Notes: generated by a model not told the origin, from the sequence alone. A DNA stretch of 64,000 nucleotides from the human T2T-CHM13v2.0 reference genome, Homo sapiens (GCF_009914755.1 NC_060930.1); one strand, 5' to 3'. Shown: positions 28,641 to 42,717, counted from the stretch's first letter. A program made the numbers and translations.

Positions 28641-31600
28641 GATATTACGTATGTCCACTCCTAACATTCTATGCCCAACTCAGTGACCAGGAAATAAAAG
28701 GGAATCCTCCCACTGGTAAGAGGGAAATGAAGAGTGCAGGTGGAAAGGAAAGAGAATGTATCAATATGGCTGATGTGTACTTTATAAAATTTACCTCTAT
28801 CAAGGACTTTGAAGCTCTGATTCTAAAAGTGCTTCGTCTTCTGGAAGAGGATCGGCCTGGCTATGCTGGCCAAGTCCGTCGAGTCCATGTCACCGTTCCC
28901 TGGGTGACGTAGTGCCCGGTCTCTTGCTTTAAGGCCCTTGCGGTATTTCACTCACAGCCCCTGGGATGTAGGACTGACACAATCTCCAACCCCAGCCAGG
29001 CCCCGAGTGCCATCCTGCTTTCTCATTCATTGTCGCAGGGGCTCCTGTGAAAGCCTCCTTGTGCTTCCCACCCTTTCCCCACCCCGGAAGCCACCAAGGT
29101 CGAGTGTGCCTTTGTCTTCCACCTGCCTCCAATCCTTTGCAGATGCTGCATCACTGTCCTCAGCCAGGCATCACTCGAGCCCTCCTTCTCTCCATTCCCA
29201 GTGGCTGGCGTTAGGCCCTTCTCATTTTCTTCCACTGAGACCCCATGGAGGCCACCTGACACGTCCCCTTCCTCAGTTTTCCCTCTGTCCCAGCCTTCAT
29301 TATAACTGTGTGAAATGGAAATATGAGCAGCTTAACAGCATCCAGAAACTCTCCTCAGTACACAGCCCCAGCCCAGGTGAGCCCAGGAAGCCCTTCAGGG
29401 AGGACCCTGCCCGCTCTTCCAGCTCTGTCCTCCTCCACTGGCCGAGGCCTCCTTCTTCTCCAATCACACAAACACCTGGAGCTCCCAGCATGCCAGCTCC
29501 TTCACGCTTCTCTCTTTTACTGATGCTCAGTCCTCTGCCAGGACATCTTGCCTGGGCTCCTTTCCCAGGCCAAGGTCCGCCGGGCTGGCTGTGCTCCCTC
29601 GGCAGTGCGCCACTCCACTTGCTCCTGGAAGCTCTCACCCTCTGTCCTCCACCTTGGGAGGAAGCTGGATAGCTCCTCAGAATAACCTATACCAGGGCAC
29701 ACTTTATCCCATTGTATTATGGCAGTCGGGGGTGTGTGTGCGGTATCTGCCTGTGCCTGTGTGTGGTAAGAGATGTGATCTAGAACAGAAACCCTAGCCT
29801 CTTGTTCTCACAGAACAGTACGTTCTGAAAGGGGGTGGTTGCTGCTGCTAGTCAGAGGCCCAGCAACGCCAGAGCTGGCCCTTTGGCAGTGCCATTGGCT
29901 CTCTTCCTCCCACTGTTCCTTTCATGGACAAGATTCCCTGTGGAGATCCAGGCCCCATTTTGTGTCCAAGGCATGAAAATGAGGGAAGAGAGGTTGACAT
30001 CAACCGACATCGTTGTTGATGTCGTCAGGAAAAATAAAACCTTTTCCACAAACGTCCAGCAGACAGCTCACACCTCATCGGCCGGGACTGTGTCACAGAC
30101 CACCTCTTCCAAGACCAGAAGATTAACATGACCGTGTCACGTGGGCAAAGCATGCAGCTCCCCCCGCCCCAACAGAACCAGGGATCTGTTAGAAAGGAGA
30201 AGGGAGAACAGAACTTGGAAATGCAATCACTCAGCTTTCTCCCTGAACCCCACGACAGGTCCATGTCCCTCCCTGCTCTCAGTCTCCAGCATTTGGCAGG
30301 CGCCTGGCTCACAAATAAAAATCAAGCAGAAGTCAAAGGGGCTTCTGGTTTATCACTTAAGTTTTCATCTGCCTTAGCATGAATAACATGAATAAATACA
30401 GTAGGCGCTGTGCTCATCATACTGAACATGTTTTGATTTGGTATAAAGTATTTTGTTCAACTACTTCCATTTTCTTGTGAGATTTCACTCTTGCTACCCA
30501 TTAGTGACTACAGATTTGGGCCAATTTGTGAAAAAAAGAGCTATTATATATCGAAACATCTTGACTTTAGAATAGTAACTGATATGCAATAACAGAGACA
30601 GCACTGATCAATTAGAGGCCAAATGTCTTTAAGGAACAGACAAAAGAGTTGTTAAAAAAAAAAAAGGTAAGAGAATTGCTAGGCCCAACTAAATGCCAAC
30701 ATAAAAAATTGTCTTCTTATAAATTACAAAATGCAGAATTTTGCTCAAAGTTAAATTGGACAGCCTATGTTCAACTATGTACGCTTTGGGAATTAATTTT
30801 TTTATATGTAGGCAGCAAATACTAGTGAGCTGCACTGAAAATCGGAGCTGTTTGGGAATGTGCTTTGCTGCTGTTTCTTATTAAGTGTTTGTCTTCCAGC
30901 TCTTCCTCCCCCATGCTATCTGTGACAATGCAACACGAGGGTTTCCTTATGTGAAAAATAAATAATATCGCATTGAAAGTTGTGAAGTTTCTTCTCTCAG
31001 ATTTGAGGCATTTCTCAACACACTAAGGCTTTAAATATTAGGGATTCTCTTGCAAATCTGGAAATTTTCATAAAGAAATGCTAAGATTTTGACTAATGTA
31101 CAAGTAAAAGAACACGTTGCCACGGCATGTAACCCATTTATAATTTGATCTTTGATCCAAAATTTTTTTTGATTACTTCTTTTGGTAACCATAGCAATAT
31201 TAAAAAAAAATAAACATATACAATGAATGCTGTAAGAGAATTATTATGGCGTATATGTGCACATGCTCAGCTTGAACAAAGATCAAAGATGGAAAATCTT
31301 ATATAACCGTGTATCTGAGGAAATTCTATACAAATTGAGGAAGGGTTGCAAAGAACATCTTTAATTTATTTCAGTGTCGCTAAGTCTCTTTTTTTAAAAA
31401 AAATTGCTTGCATCTAACAATTGTCTTTTATATCTTGAGACCCAATTATCTTAAATACATTCTGAAAATAGCTAATAAAATATTTCAACAGCAAGTAATT
31501 GTAAAAGGAAAAGATATAATTAGCAGTGTTCATAGATGATAGAAAATGGGAAACATGCTGCATATGGGTTGAAAAATGAAGAAGCAGAAAGAAAATCGGA

Positions 31601-31799
31601 AGTGTGGCCAGTTATTGCAGCAGCCCATAGGACGTGACTGTAGGGTCAACCCTGGTCCTAGTCCTCAGCTTCGTAGTAGCCATCACTGGGAATAAAGAGT
31701 GGGAATCTGAATTCAGACCTACAAGTAAGCGTTCTCCTGTTGCCTGGTGTAGCTCAGCCTAAGGGCCTAGGATCCCTTTCTGTCATTGTTGAGTTATAG

Positions 31800-32330
31800 A
31801 AAGCACACTTCCTGAGCATTGCCCACGTGCTGGGCACGGAGCACAGGCTGAAAGCAAACAGCACAGCCAGTGCCCGCCAGAGTTTGCAGGGTTGGGGGCT
31901 GGGAAGACAGGCACAGAGCGAAGGGAATAATATATAAGTCAGTACATAACTACAAGTCGTAATATGTGCTGGGAAGGAAAATTACACCATGTAATCATAG
32001 ATCACAATAAAGCCGTGTGTTTGGGGTTGGGATGGAAAATAGGAAGAGAAGATCTCTTTGAAGTGATGTTTCTGGTAGAGCCTCAAAACAGTATGAACCG
32101 CAGCCAGGAGAGAGGTGAGGGAAAGGAGGACCTAGGTGGAAGGAACAGCATGTGAGGTTGCTCAGGACAGAAAGAGCCTTCTGGAGACTGAGAGACAGGG
32201 AGCTGCACAAGGCAGCAAGGGAAGGAAAGGAGCAGATAACATGGGGCCTTGGGATCGACACTCAGACTTGGGTTTATCCTAAGGCAGTGGGTGGTCATCA
32301 AAGAGTTTTAAGCAAGAAGGGTACAATTTG
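31800..32330 (-). mobile_element. L2 fragment
   Basis: ctgagcattgcccacgtgctgggcac and gacttgggtttatcctaaggcagtggg...gagttttaagcaag antisense L2 motifs. Confidence 0.55.
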
Positions 32331-32649
32331 CTCTCTCTTTTGCAAAAGGCCAGCAGTTTCCCTTCTCCCCTAGCCATGCAATCCATCCCACACTACCTTT
32401 GCAAGCTTTTAGAAGGACAGTAAACTGAGAATGCATGGCTGTCTCCTGGCCCTGCACCAAAATCTAGAAAATGAGAAAACACCTTTTAAAAAAAATGTTT
32501 AATTATGGCTGCACTCAAAGGGGGGAGACTGTGAGAGGCAAAGCCAGTGGGAATGAGAAAGGAATCAGAGGATGGGGAACCATGGGGGAGTTGGAGGGGG
32601 TGAAGGGAGACCAACAAGGAAGCTGTTGGTGTGGTGGAGATCCTTCACA

Positions 32650-32960
32650 AAACCCACCTTCCCCTCTGCACCCAAACAATTAGAGCCCAACACAGGCCAT
32701 GCATTTCCCAGGCTCCTTTGCGGTTAGATGTGGCCAGCATGGGTTACCTTTGCTTGAATAATGGGAGTGAAGTTGCTGTGCCCCTGCCCAAGCCCAGTTG
32801 TCTGTTGTACCATCCTTCCTCTCCTTGCAGCCTGGTAAGCCAGGACAAGTGCAGCCTTGGAAACCCGGGCTCCCAGGACCCAGGACTGTAACGCAGGCAA
32901 GAACTCCCTTTGTCATTGAGTCACTTTATTGTGGGGTCACTCTTTACAGCAGCAGAGCCG
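32650..32960 (+). mobile_element. MLT1 (I/J-like) LTR fragment
   Basis: catttcccaggctcctttgcggttagatgtggcca and a terminal ggggtcactctttacagcagc. Confidence 0.6.
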
Positions 32961-33163
32961 TTCTTGCTGACTAAAGAGAGCAGAGGAGCAGCCAGGCCTG
33001 CATCCTCCTCACCCCCAGTGGTGCATTCATGGCAGGAACCTGGAATAACCACTGTGTCTAGGCTCAAGTGTGCTCAGGGCAGAGCTCCTGGTGGTGAGTG
33101 ATGCTCGGGATGGAGAACCCATCTGCGGAGACCCCCCCAGCTGGGTAGCACATCTCATTCACC

Positions 33164-33338
33164 CAGGGCTGGCTATGTGATTTGCAGGGCCCAGTGCAAA
33201 ATGAAAATGCAGGGCCCCTTATTCAAAAATTATTCAGAATTTCAAAAAGGTGACAGCCAAGTAATAAGCAAGCCCGAGACACTACTGAGTAAAAGTTCCT
33301 AAGAGACCACACAGGCCAAGGCCCAGGACACAGGCCTG
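33164..33338 (+). mobile_element. MER91A (hAT-Tip100 MITE)
   Basis: CAGGGCTGGCTATGTGATTTGCAGGGCCCAGTGCAAAATGAAAATGCAGGGCCCC matches the recalled consensus. Confidence 0.8.
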
Positions 33339-33756
33339 TCCCACCCTCTACTATCCTGAAACAATGAGCTCCTGCCTGTGCAGCTGCCCCATCCCCCAGC
33401 AGGCTGCACCCAGGAGCCTGTGAATGTCCATGGCCTCAGCTGCAAAGAGGAGCCCTGAATCCAGGTTCACACTCATTGGAGGAGCACCACCAGTATGACA
33501 GGAGGGACCAAAAACCCTCCTCCAAAAAGCATAACTCACTCAGGGGAAAAGGGAGATAGCAGAGCAACCTCCCCAGGACTCTAGGATGGGATCAAAGCCA
33601 CTAAAAAAAGAAAAAAGAAGTAAAAGTCACTGCAGGAGAGCCTTAGTTAATTTCTACCCTGAATATTTATAAATTGTGAGCAAGCTGGTTTAAATGACTC
33701 TGAGTTCCCATAAGCGATATTCCTTAATATAAAATCATAAACTAGAACAGGTTCCT

Positions 33757-34201
33757 TAGAGTAGACAGAAAGATGGCCCCAGGATGTCCATGTCCTAATC
33801 CCCACAGCCTGTGACTGTCACCTGACATTGCAAAGGGGATTTTTGCAGATGTCAAGGGCATGGAGCTTGAGATGGAGAGACCAACCTAAATGATCCAGGT
33901 GAGCCTGCCCAATTTAATCGTGTGAATCCTGAAAAGAGGAATTCCTTCCTCAGCTGTTCAGAGGGAGAGGGAGCCTGGCAGGCTCTGACCATGGAGGAAG
34001 GGGCTGTGAGCAGAGGAATGCAGGCAGGGGCCAGGAGAGGGATTCCCCGAGAGTCTGCAGGGGAACAGAGCCCGCCCACAACTTCATTTCAGTTTACACT
34101 TCTGACCTGCAGAACTGTAAGACCATAAATCATAGATTTTTGCAGTTCTAAGCTACCACATTTGTAGTAATTTATTACAGCAGCAATAGGAAACTAATAC
34201 A
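33757..34201 (+). mobile_element. MLT1D-like LTR
   Basis: atggcccccaggatgtccatgtcctaatcccc...cagcaataggaaactaataca. Confidence 0.82.
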
Positions 34202-34579
34202 CTTAGGTTAGCAGTAACCAAAAACACTGAAATTACTTGTCTTCACAAAATCCATTCTATGTTCGGCAGTGCACGTGGTGAGGCACTATCGAAGGGAAGA
34301 GCCAAATGATGTAAGAATGTAGTCTGCTCCCCCAAATTCTCAAATAGACAGGGTGATCTTTTTAAAAGACGTAAATGAGCAAGAGAACCCTAGTGGTTTT
34401 TGGTATCTTATCTCACTTTGTTTTTAAGGAGGCAGAGGGTCCATTTCAAGCTGGGGGTGCCTGAGGGTGCTGACACCATGCCTGGGGGTGCTCTTCCCAG
34501 AAGGCAATTTGAAGAGGAAACCTGGGTGAAGCATCTGTGCTAACAGACATTCATGTTTGTTTGTTTGTTTTGTTGTGGT

Positions 34580-34616
<37 letters not shown>

Positions 34617-34662
34617 ACACACACATATATATGTACATATATATAAAATATATATATATATA
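34580..34662. repeat. Compound (TA)n(TG)n(TA)n microsatellite at an L1 tail
   Basis: Direct reading. Confidence 0.9.
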
Positions 34663-35150
34663 AATTTTCCATTGTCGCCATCTTTAAGGATACAATTCAG
34701 TGGCATTGATTAAATTCATGATGTTGTGATATGAGCGCCATGATCTATTTCCAACACTTTTCATCATCCCCAACAGAACAATATTCTACCTATTGAACAA
34801 TAACTCCCGACACCCCTCCCCCAGCTCCTTGCAACCACCACTCTACTTCCTGTCTCTATGAATTTGTCTACTCCAGGGACTTCCTGTAAGTGGAATCCTG
34901 CAGGGTTTGTCCTTCTGTGACTGGCTCGTTTCACTGAGCACAATGTTCTTATCCAGGTTGCGGCACGGGTCAGTGCTCCCTTCCTTAAGGCTGATGCTCC
35001 ATTGCATGGATGCACCATGTTTTGTGTATTCGTTCATCGGTTGAGGGGCACCGGGCTGGTCCCTCCTCTTGACTATGGTGAATACTGGCTATGGCTGTTG
35101 TGAATCCTGGTGTGCAAGCATCAGACATTCCCGTTTTTAGTTCCAGGGAC
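34662..35150 (-). mobile_element. L1MB-like 3' end
   Basis: tacaattcagtggcatt...ctacttcctgtctctatgaatttg...tttcactgagcacaatgtt. Confidence 0.78.
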
Positions 35151-35679
35151 ATGGGGTGCCTTCTGCCCCAGGGGGTTTGAAAGCTCCATGTCCCTGGGAC
35201 ATTATGAATGGCACATCTCCCTCCCCAAGTGGATGTAGTGTAGCGGGATTGATGGGGGAAGTTTAGGCACTGGCTGATTAAAATGTTTATAGAATGACTT
35301 ATGGACTTGGAATTGCGAGGGTTGGACGTACTTGAGCTTTTTAGTTTTTTGGATGTCCACGTGCCAGACGTGCCACGTGCCATTACTACTTTTTGATAAT
35401 TAGTAATGGAATTTTAAGGCCTGTTTTTTGTTTATCAGTCTCTCTAATTCCTTCTCGATCTCGCTACATTTCGAGTAGACGTGTAGAAATTTAAGGCTGG
35501 AGGGCTGAATCAGGGCTAGCCGATACAATTACTTTTCTAGCGTCCTTAGGGGGACATCTTGCCAGTCATTCTGTTCTGAGACCGTGAGAAAACCACTGGT
35601 CTGGAAGCCCAGGTGTTCCATGCCGTCCTTGGCTTGTTTTGCCTGGATATCAGAAGCAGCATTTGTGCGTGGGTCCAGC

Positions 35680-36630
35680 AGTGGCATTTGTCCCCGCACC
35701 ATCTTCGGGGCTGGCCCGGAGCCCAGGTCCTCCTACTGCCCGGGAGCAGTGGCCGCAACTCCAGGCTGAGGCCTGGCTCTGTCCACTGGGAACCACGCGT
35801 GGGTGCAGGCACCGGGCCTTGGATCACACTTGCGCACTCCGAGCACAGCGCATTACTCTTTTTTTCCTGCCCAGATGACTTTAAATAGAAAAATAGCCCT
35901 GACTCTAGCATGTTCTCAGCCCGTGAACAATGGGTATTTGCTGGACAAGCGGCTGCGGGCCCCGTCTGCAGGCAGCTTGGGCCTGTGGGGAGGTTCCCGT
36001 GACTGCAACTCCCCGGGGCCTCGGAACACAGGACCCCAGGCTCCCAGCCCTACCTCCTTCCTCGGAGGGAGGGGAGGGCTGTGACCCCCTTCCTGGGGGG
36101 CTGTGAACTGCCCCCTCCCAGGTGCCTCCCTCTTTCACTCTCCCCTCGGAGGACTAGGGCTCCACAGGGGCAGGGGGATCACATAGGGTGGCACCCGTCA
36201 CTACAGAGGGGTGCAGGGTTGCAGTAGCGGGGGCTGGGTTGCCTGGGGGACTCGAAGAGTCGCGGGAGCCGTGCGGGGACGAGTGCAGTGGTGCGTGGGG
36301 GTCGTGGGGATGGCGACAGCGGGGGCGGGAGCTGAAAAGGCGCGGGGGTGGCTAAGGGACCCTGCGCAGGAGCTGCCGGCCCTCGCGCGCCCCTCGCGGG
36401 CCCCCCGGGCCCCCCGCCCGCCCGCGGCTGCTGCCGTCAGAGCTGCCTGCGTCAATGCTGCTTGGTGACACACACATCTTTTTTTCTTCTGCTCCTTTTT
36501 CTCAATGAGAGGAGCCTAATGGGATTCTTATTATCAGACTCATAAATCAAACCGTTAGGCCGTCACGTCTGGCACGTGGACAACACCCCCATCCCCCGCG
36601 GCAAACGGAGAGGGCTAGAGCTGCGTTTTC
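35680..36630. promoter_or_regulatory. Orphan CpG island/distal regulatory element 1
   Basis: CpG-dense unique sequence; CGTCA half-CREs at 36196, 36435, 36450, 36561; EGR site 36319-36327. Confidence 0.7.
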
Positions 36631-38669
36631 CCCTTTTCAAGAAAAACTTCAAATATTTTATCTTTATATTTTGAAAATCGCAGTAATGCACAGAGCTCGG
36701 CTTGCTGTGGCTGGTGCAGCTCTACACGGATGCAGAGCTGGTCCTCCCGTTCCCTGGAAATGGTTTTGCAAAGTTGTTGGTTTTGCAAACAATAAAAGGG
36801 TAAAAAATGGGGTTTGCAGGCAAATCGGTTGGTTAGAGGGAACCCACAGATATTTCAAGCTACTGCAACACGAATCGATTAAACATTGTATCAGAGGGGG
36901 TTGTGGGCACAGACTTTGGGGCAGCCCTGCCCTGATGCTTGTGCAACTGACACAAAACAAAACCCCAGCTATGAATGCAAATCAAGGAGCAAAGACGTCA
37001 GCAACTAAGGCGATCTGGAGCGCTAGGAATCCTGAAAGCTTCTGCATTCTCATAGCTACTTGCATGCAGATTTCTAATAAGATAAATCGGCACTGGTGTA
37101 TCTAATTAATGGTTGTCCTCCAACAAGCCACTGGATAGCACTTATTAGCCATGGGAGGTAGGAAGCCAGGTTAACCCCCAAAGGAATCTCAGTGCAGCCC
37201 CTTCCTCATTTTGGTCAGAGACTCAACCAGAGTGTGGAAGCGGAGCAAAGTCAAAAGGGGTCCAGGGACTAAGGCGTTGAGGCAAGGACCCTCAGAGAGG
37301 GAGGTCCCAGCTTCCACAGTCGGACACAGAAAAATATTCCACTCTTGGGAATTGCCTCTTGTGCGAAGCCATATATATTTAGGGGTCTTCTACAGGGAAC
37401 TGTGAAAGGTCTGCAAGCCCGTCATCTGGTCACTCTGAAGCCAGGTCTCCAGAGCTTCCCTGATGAAATTGTCCTGCCTGTGATGGGGGAGTGTTCTCGG
37501 AACCTTTGGGACAGCCTCTGCTGGCTCAGATCAAAACTTCACAGAGCTCAAGGCATGGTCTTCAATTAAAAGCTTGGACCACATGTCAGGTGGGCAGAGG
37601 GCTACCGCTTTAGGGTAAAGTGGCTACAAGGAGAGTGGCCTGATATTTTGTATATATTCATGATCATTTTAATTTCCTCTTCCCAGCCTGTGTTCTGCAT
37701 TTCCCCAGATGTCTTCAAAGGACATATATGACGCCCAGGAGCAGAGTTGTTGGGTCTGTTCTTTCTAATTCCAGACCTTTCTGGTCTTGAGTCGTGGTTT
37801 TCTTAGGGTCCAGTGAAAACAGCAGCGCTTGGAGCTGCAGACCCAGGCTGGGAGCTGCCGCGGGGGCGCACGTGTCTGCCTGTAGCCACAGCCTAGGATC
37901 ATTGCCCTGCGCAGTTGGACGGCTTCCAGGCCTCGTCTAGTTCTCACTGCATTCTTATAGCAGGACAAGTTCTCTGGATTTGTGTGAACTTTTTAAATAA
38001 GAGTTAATAAGTCAATGATTGCCAGATGAGAGAGGCAGCTCATGTGTTTTTAAGAAGCATCAAACCCACCCCCCACCCCCCATATTCTTCCACCCCAGCA
38101 AAGAAGGAGCCAGGAAGGCACTGCAAGGGGGAAGCGGGGGCGGGGGGGGGGAGGGCAGGGAGGATCCCTGAGAAAAAAAGATGAATATTTGCATCTTCAC
38201 TTGTGTGCCTCATTTGGGGTGACCCATGGGTGCAAAGGATGATGTATTTTATACTGAACATGGTACTGGCAATTTTGGGTGCGCAATGAAAAAGAAATGG
38301 GCATGAGCATATCTAGCTTTAAGACACGATTTCAAATATAACTTCCGTCATTCACGTCTAGACCCATATTCTGATATGAGTAATAACTATGCTAAGCAAA
38401 AGTAGATTAGGTGCAATAAATATAAGACCTGTATTCCTATGCTGACTGATGGACTTCAGTGGAATATTTCATTTTAGCAACCGATATATTGCATAAATGA
38501 GTTAACATTGGTCCCATTGCAAAACGATTTTTTATACAAAATTAGAGAGGCTGGCATAAGGAATGCTGCTAGAAAATTATTAGCTCACTTTTTACATCCA
38601 AGGGGGTGAAATGATACACTGTGGAAATTTGTACAAATAGAGAAGTGGATGGATGTCGATGTCAGTGGG

Positions 38670-39540
38670 GAGAAACGGGAGGCCAGGTCCCGTTTTGAGG
38701 AGAGGAGATGCGCCCAAGCGGGGGCGGAGGAGCGGGTCGCGCCGCTGACATTCGCCAAGGACAGGATGGGGTGGGCGCCCGCCGGTGGCCGACTCCGCCC
38801 CGCCTCTCAGGGGTGCGAGTCATCAGCGCAGCGGCGGATCCTGGCCCAGGGAGCCACCGGCCCACCCTCGCGCCCAGGAGCCGGACTCGGAGACGTCCAC
38901 CTGGTGGAGAGACGCGAGGGAGCCATGCAGACAGGGGCTGCTCCGTGGAGAGCCCGGGAAGCCTGCGGGGCGCCGGAGGGGTGGGTCCCGGGACAGACCA
39001 GTGACCATCCGCCTCCTGCGTAGCGCTGCCCCCAGGAGAGGAAAACCCATCGGAGGTTGTGCTGTGTGCGTTCTCCAAGAGGGAAGCTCAGTATGAGCAC
39101 TCCCTTCGTCCCCTTAAGGAGGACCGCACAGTGTGTGTGTATGTGTGTGTGTGTGAGTGCGCGCGCGCGCTCATGTGTGCATGTGCCTGTGTGTGCATGT
39201 GTGTATGTGCGTGTGTGCATGTGTGTGTGCATATATGCGTATATGCGTGCGTGTGTGTGGCGCGCACATACGTAAGCACACCCCCGGTACATAGAAACTC
39301 ACAGAAACATACAGTAATCCTGTATAAAGATTATGAGTCTAGAAAACATGTACTGCCCGTCATTTTTCTCGGCTGTCTCTGTGCCTTCTAGATATTTCCG
39401 TGTCCTCCGCGCGCTTCATTTTTATCAGGCTCCTGGGTGTGTGCAGGGAGGGAACGCAGGCACGGAACGCAGGCGCGGAAGATGTAATTTGTGCATTAGG
39501 AAGCCTCCGCTCGAGCGCCACTGACGTCTGCACCTCCGTG
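38670..39540. promoter_or_regulatory. Orphan CpG island/distal regulatory element 2
   Basis: CpG-dense; EGR site 38718-38726; TGACGTCT 39522-39529; embedded alternating purine-pyrimidine tract. Confidence 0.7.
39131..39270. repeat. ~140-bp alternating purine-pyrimidine tract including (GC)6
   Basis: Direct reading. Confidence 0.93.
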
Positions 39541-40422
39541 CTTGGCTCTGCTGCAATACATCAGACTGATGGCATGATCACTGCATCTTTGCTGTAATAT
39601 CTGTGCACTGCTGGTTAGGAAAATCCTCAGCCATACCGTGACTCCAGCTAGCTAGCTAGTCAATGTATTTTAATTTTATTAATTGAAAGGAAGGACTAAG
39701 GAGGGAAAAGAATGCAAAGGAAACATGAAAAGATTTTACAAATTTTTAAATGCTTATTTTTCCAGATGGAAGGTTGAGACAGTAGGATTAGAGACTTCAT
39801 GGCTGCAGATGTTGAAGCTTTTGCTAAATGAACAGCCAAAGTCAGTTCTGTGAAATTGCGTCATATTTCTTTTCCAGAAGACATAAATCTTTTGATGGTT
39901 CTACTTCTCTTTGTATATTATTACTGTTTAAAATTTTGAGGAAAAAATACTTTAATGTGATGTCAATTCTTAGATTTCATCCCTCTCAATTATTTTTGCA
40001 CGGCCTTATCACTGCACTTTCAGTGTGATGACGTTTGCTTTTTAGCGTATTGTCTTGTGTTGAGGTCATGAGAGATGTGAATGAGGCAGGAAGATCGTTA
40101 CAAGTGAACCATAATTAATATTTACATAGTTCTCACGGGTTGGCAGGCAGCCCCCTAGAGTGCTGATTTGCTGGCGAGCTGCTGGGATCACTCTGCAGGG
40201 GCACCGGGCAGGCCTAGAAGTAACTGCAGATTCCACTTTGAGAACTGTCACTGGGCCTGGGTATCCCAATATTAATGCTCTTGCATGAGTAGAAGCAGCA
40301 CAATGTCCTGGGACCTCAAGGAGGGTTTGGGGGTGGCAATGCCAACATGGGGAAACCACTGTAGAAGGAGAATGGTGGGGTTCTATCTTGGGACAGCATT
40401 AGCACCTGACAGAGAGTGGACG

Positions 40423-40853
40423 TTATGCCAGTTTGCTAGGGTTGCCCTAACAAAGTCCTACAAAACTGGGAGGCTCAAAACAAAAGAAACATCTTCTCTT
40501 ACAGTCTGAAGCCTGGAAATCTGAAATGAAGGTGTCAGCAGGGCCAGGCTCCCTCTGAGACCGTGGGTGGATTCCTGCCAGCTTCTTCCAGCTCCTGGTC
40601 CTGGCCAGCCATCCTGGCATTCCTCTGCTCGCAGCTCATCACTAACCCCTGCCTCTGCTGTCAAGGCTGTCTTCTTCCTGAGTGTCTCTATCTCTGACTC
40701 TTGTCCTCTTAAGGGGACACCAGTTGTATTGGATTGGGACCTGCCCAAATGACCTCATCTTAACTTGATTACATCTGCAGAGACCTTATTTTATAAATAA
40801 GGTCATATGGACAGGTGCCCATCTTTTCAAAGGACACAATAGGACCCACAACA
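40423..40853 (-). mobile_element. MLT1B/C-like LTR
   Basis: gtttgctagggttgccctaacaaagt...gacctcatcttaacttgattacatctgcagagacc...cccacaaca. Confidence 0.82.
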
Positions 40854-41589
40854 GATGTTTTGGGATTGTACCTCTGCCTCAGTCAATGAGGAACTTGTCC
40901 TGAGTTTCTCAAAAGAGGTGATGAAGAGTAACAGAGGGAACTGGGCCAGAGTTTCCACACCGTCTAGCATTACAGTGTTCCGTGGCTGATGGCATTAGCA
41001 GGTCGGCATTAGCAGCTGGAGGGAAAGCTGACGGGAGCCAGGACTGGAGGGGCGTCGACAGGGCAGATTTATGGTGGTGAGGGTGGCTCTCAGGCCGCCA
41101 AGAAAAACACCAGGAGCTGCAGGGCCCATGCCAGGGAAAGGAAGGGATGTTGTGGGTCTTTAGGGCCTAGTGTTCCCCCAGATGGGGACCCCAGCCCACT
41201 GCTTTTGTTGTACCCGTTTCTCCTGTCCTTCTTCAGTGACGAGGTCTGGGGAAGCAAGAATGGAAGTCCACATAATGAAGCACCAAATTAATGGAAGGGA
41301 TTGTGGATTTACCGAATCTTTCATTTCAGCCCTATGTGGGATGCATTGTGTCGGGACTTCACGGGTAGCTACGATGGGTGTTAGCTTATAATAATAACTC
41401 ACAGTTAAAGCACAGCCGGGCCAGTGATTTCCAGCTGTATTCCACAGGATCCTAGCGCTCAAACCAAAATACTGCAAAACTGAGGGAACACTGTCAAAAA
41501 TAAACATTTTGTCTTCTTCATTTCTGTATATTTGCTGTGTGTGTGAATTTTGTAAGGAGTTTCATTTGGGGAAATGATTGAACAAATTA

Positions 41590-42700
<1,111 letters not shown>

Positions 42701-42717
42701 AAGCTAAGCCTGAACAT

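Noticed and set aside
28938-29672. 244-aa ORF
   Set aside because: S/P/L-rich translation of C-rich, partly L2-like DNA; non-ATG start; no domain.
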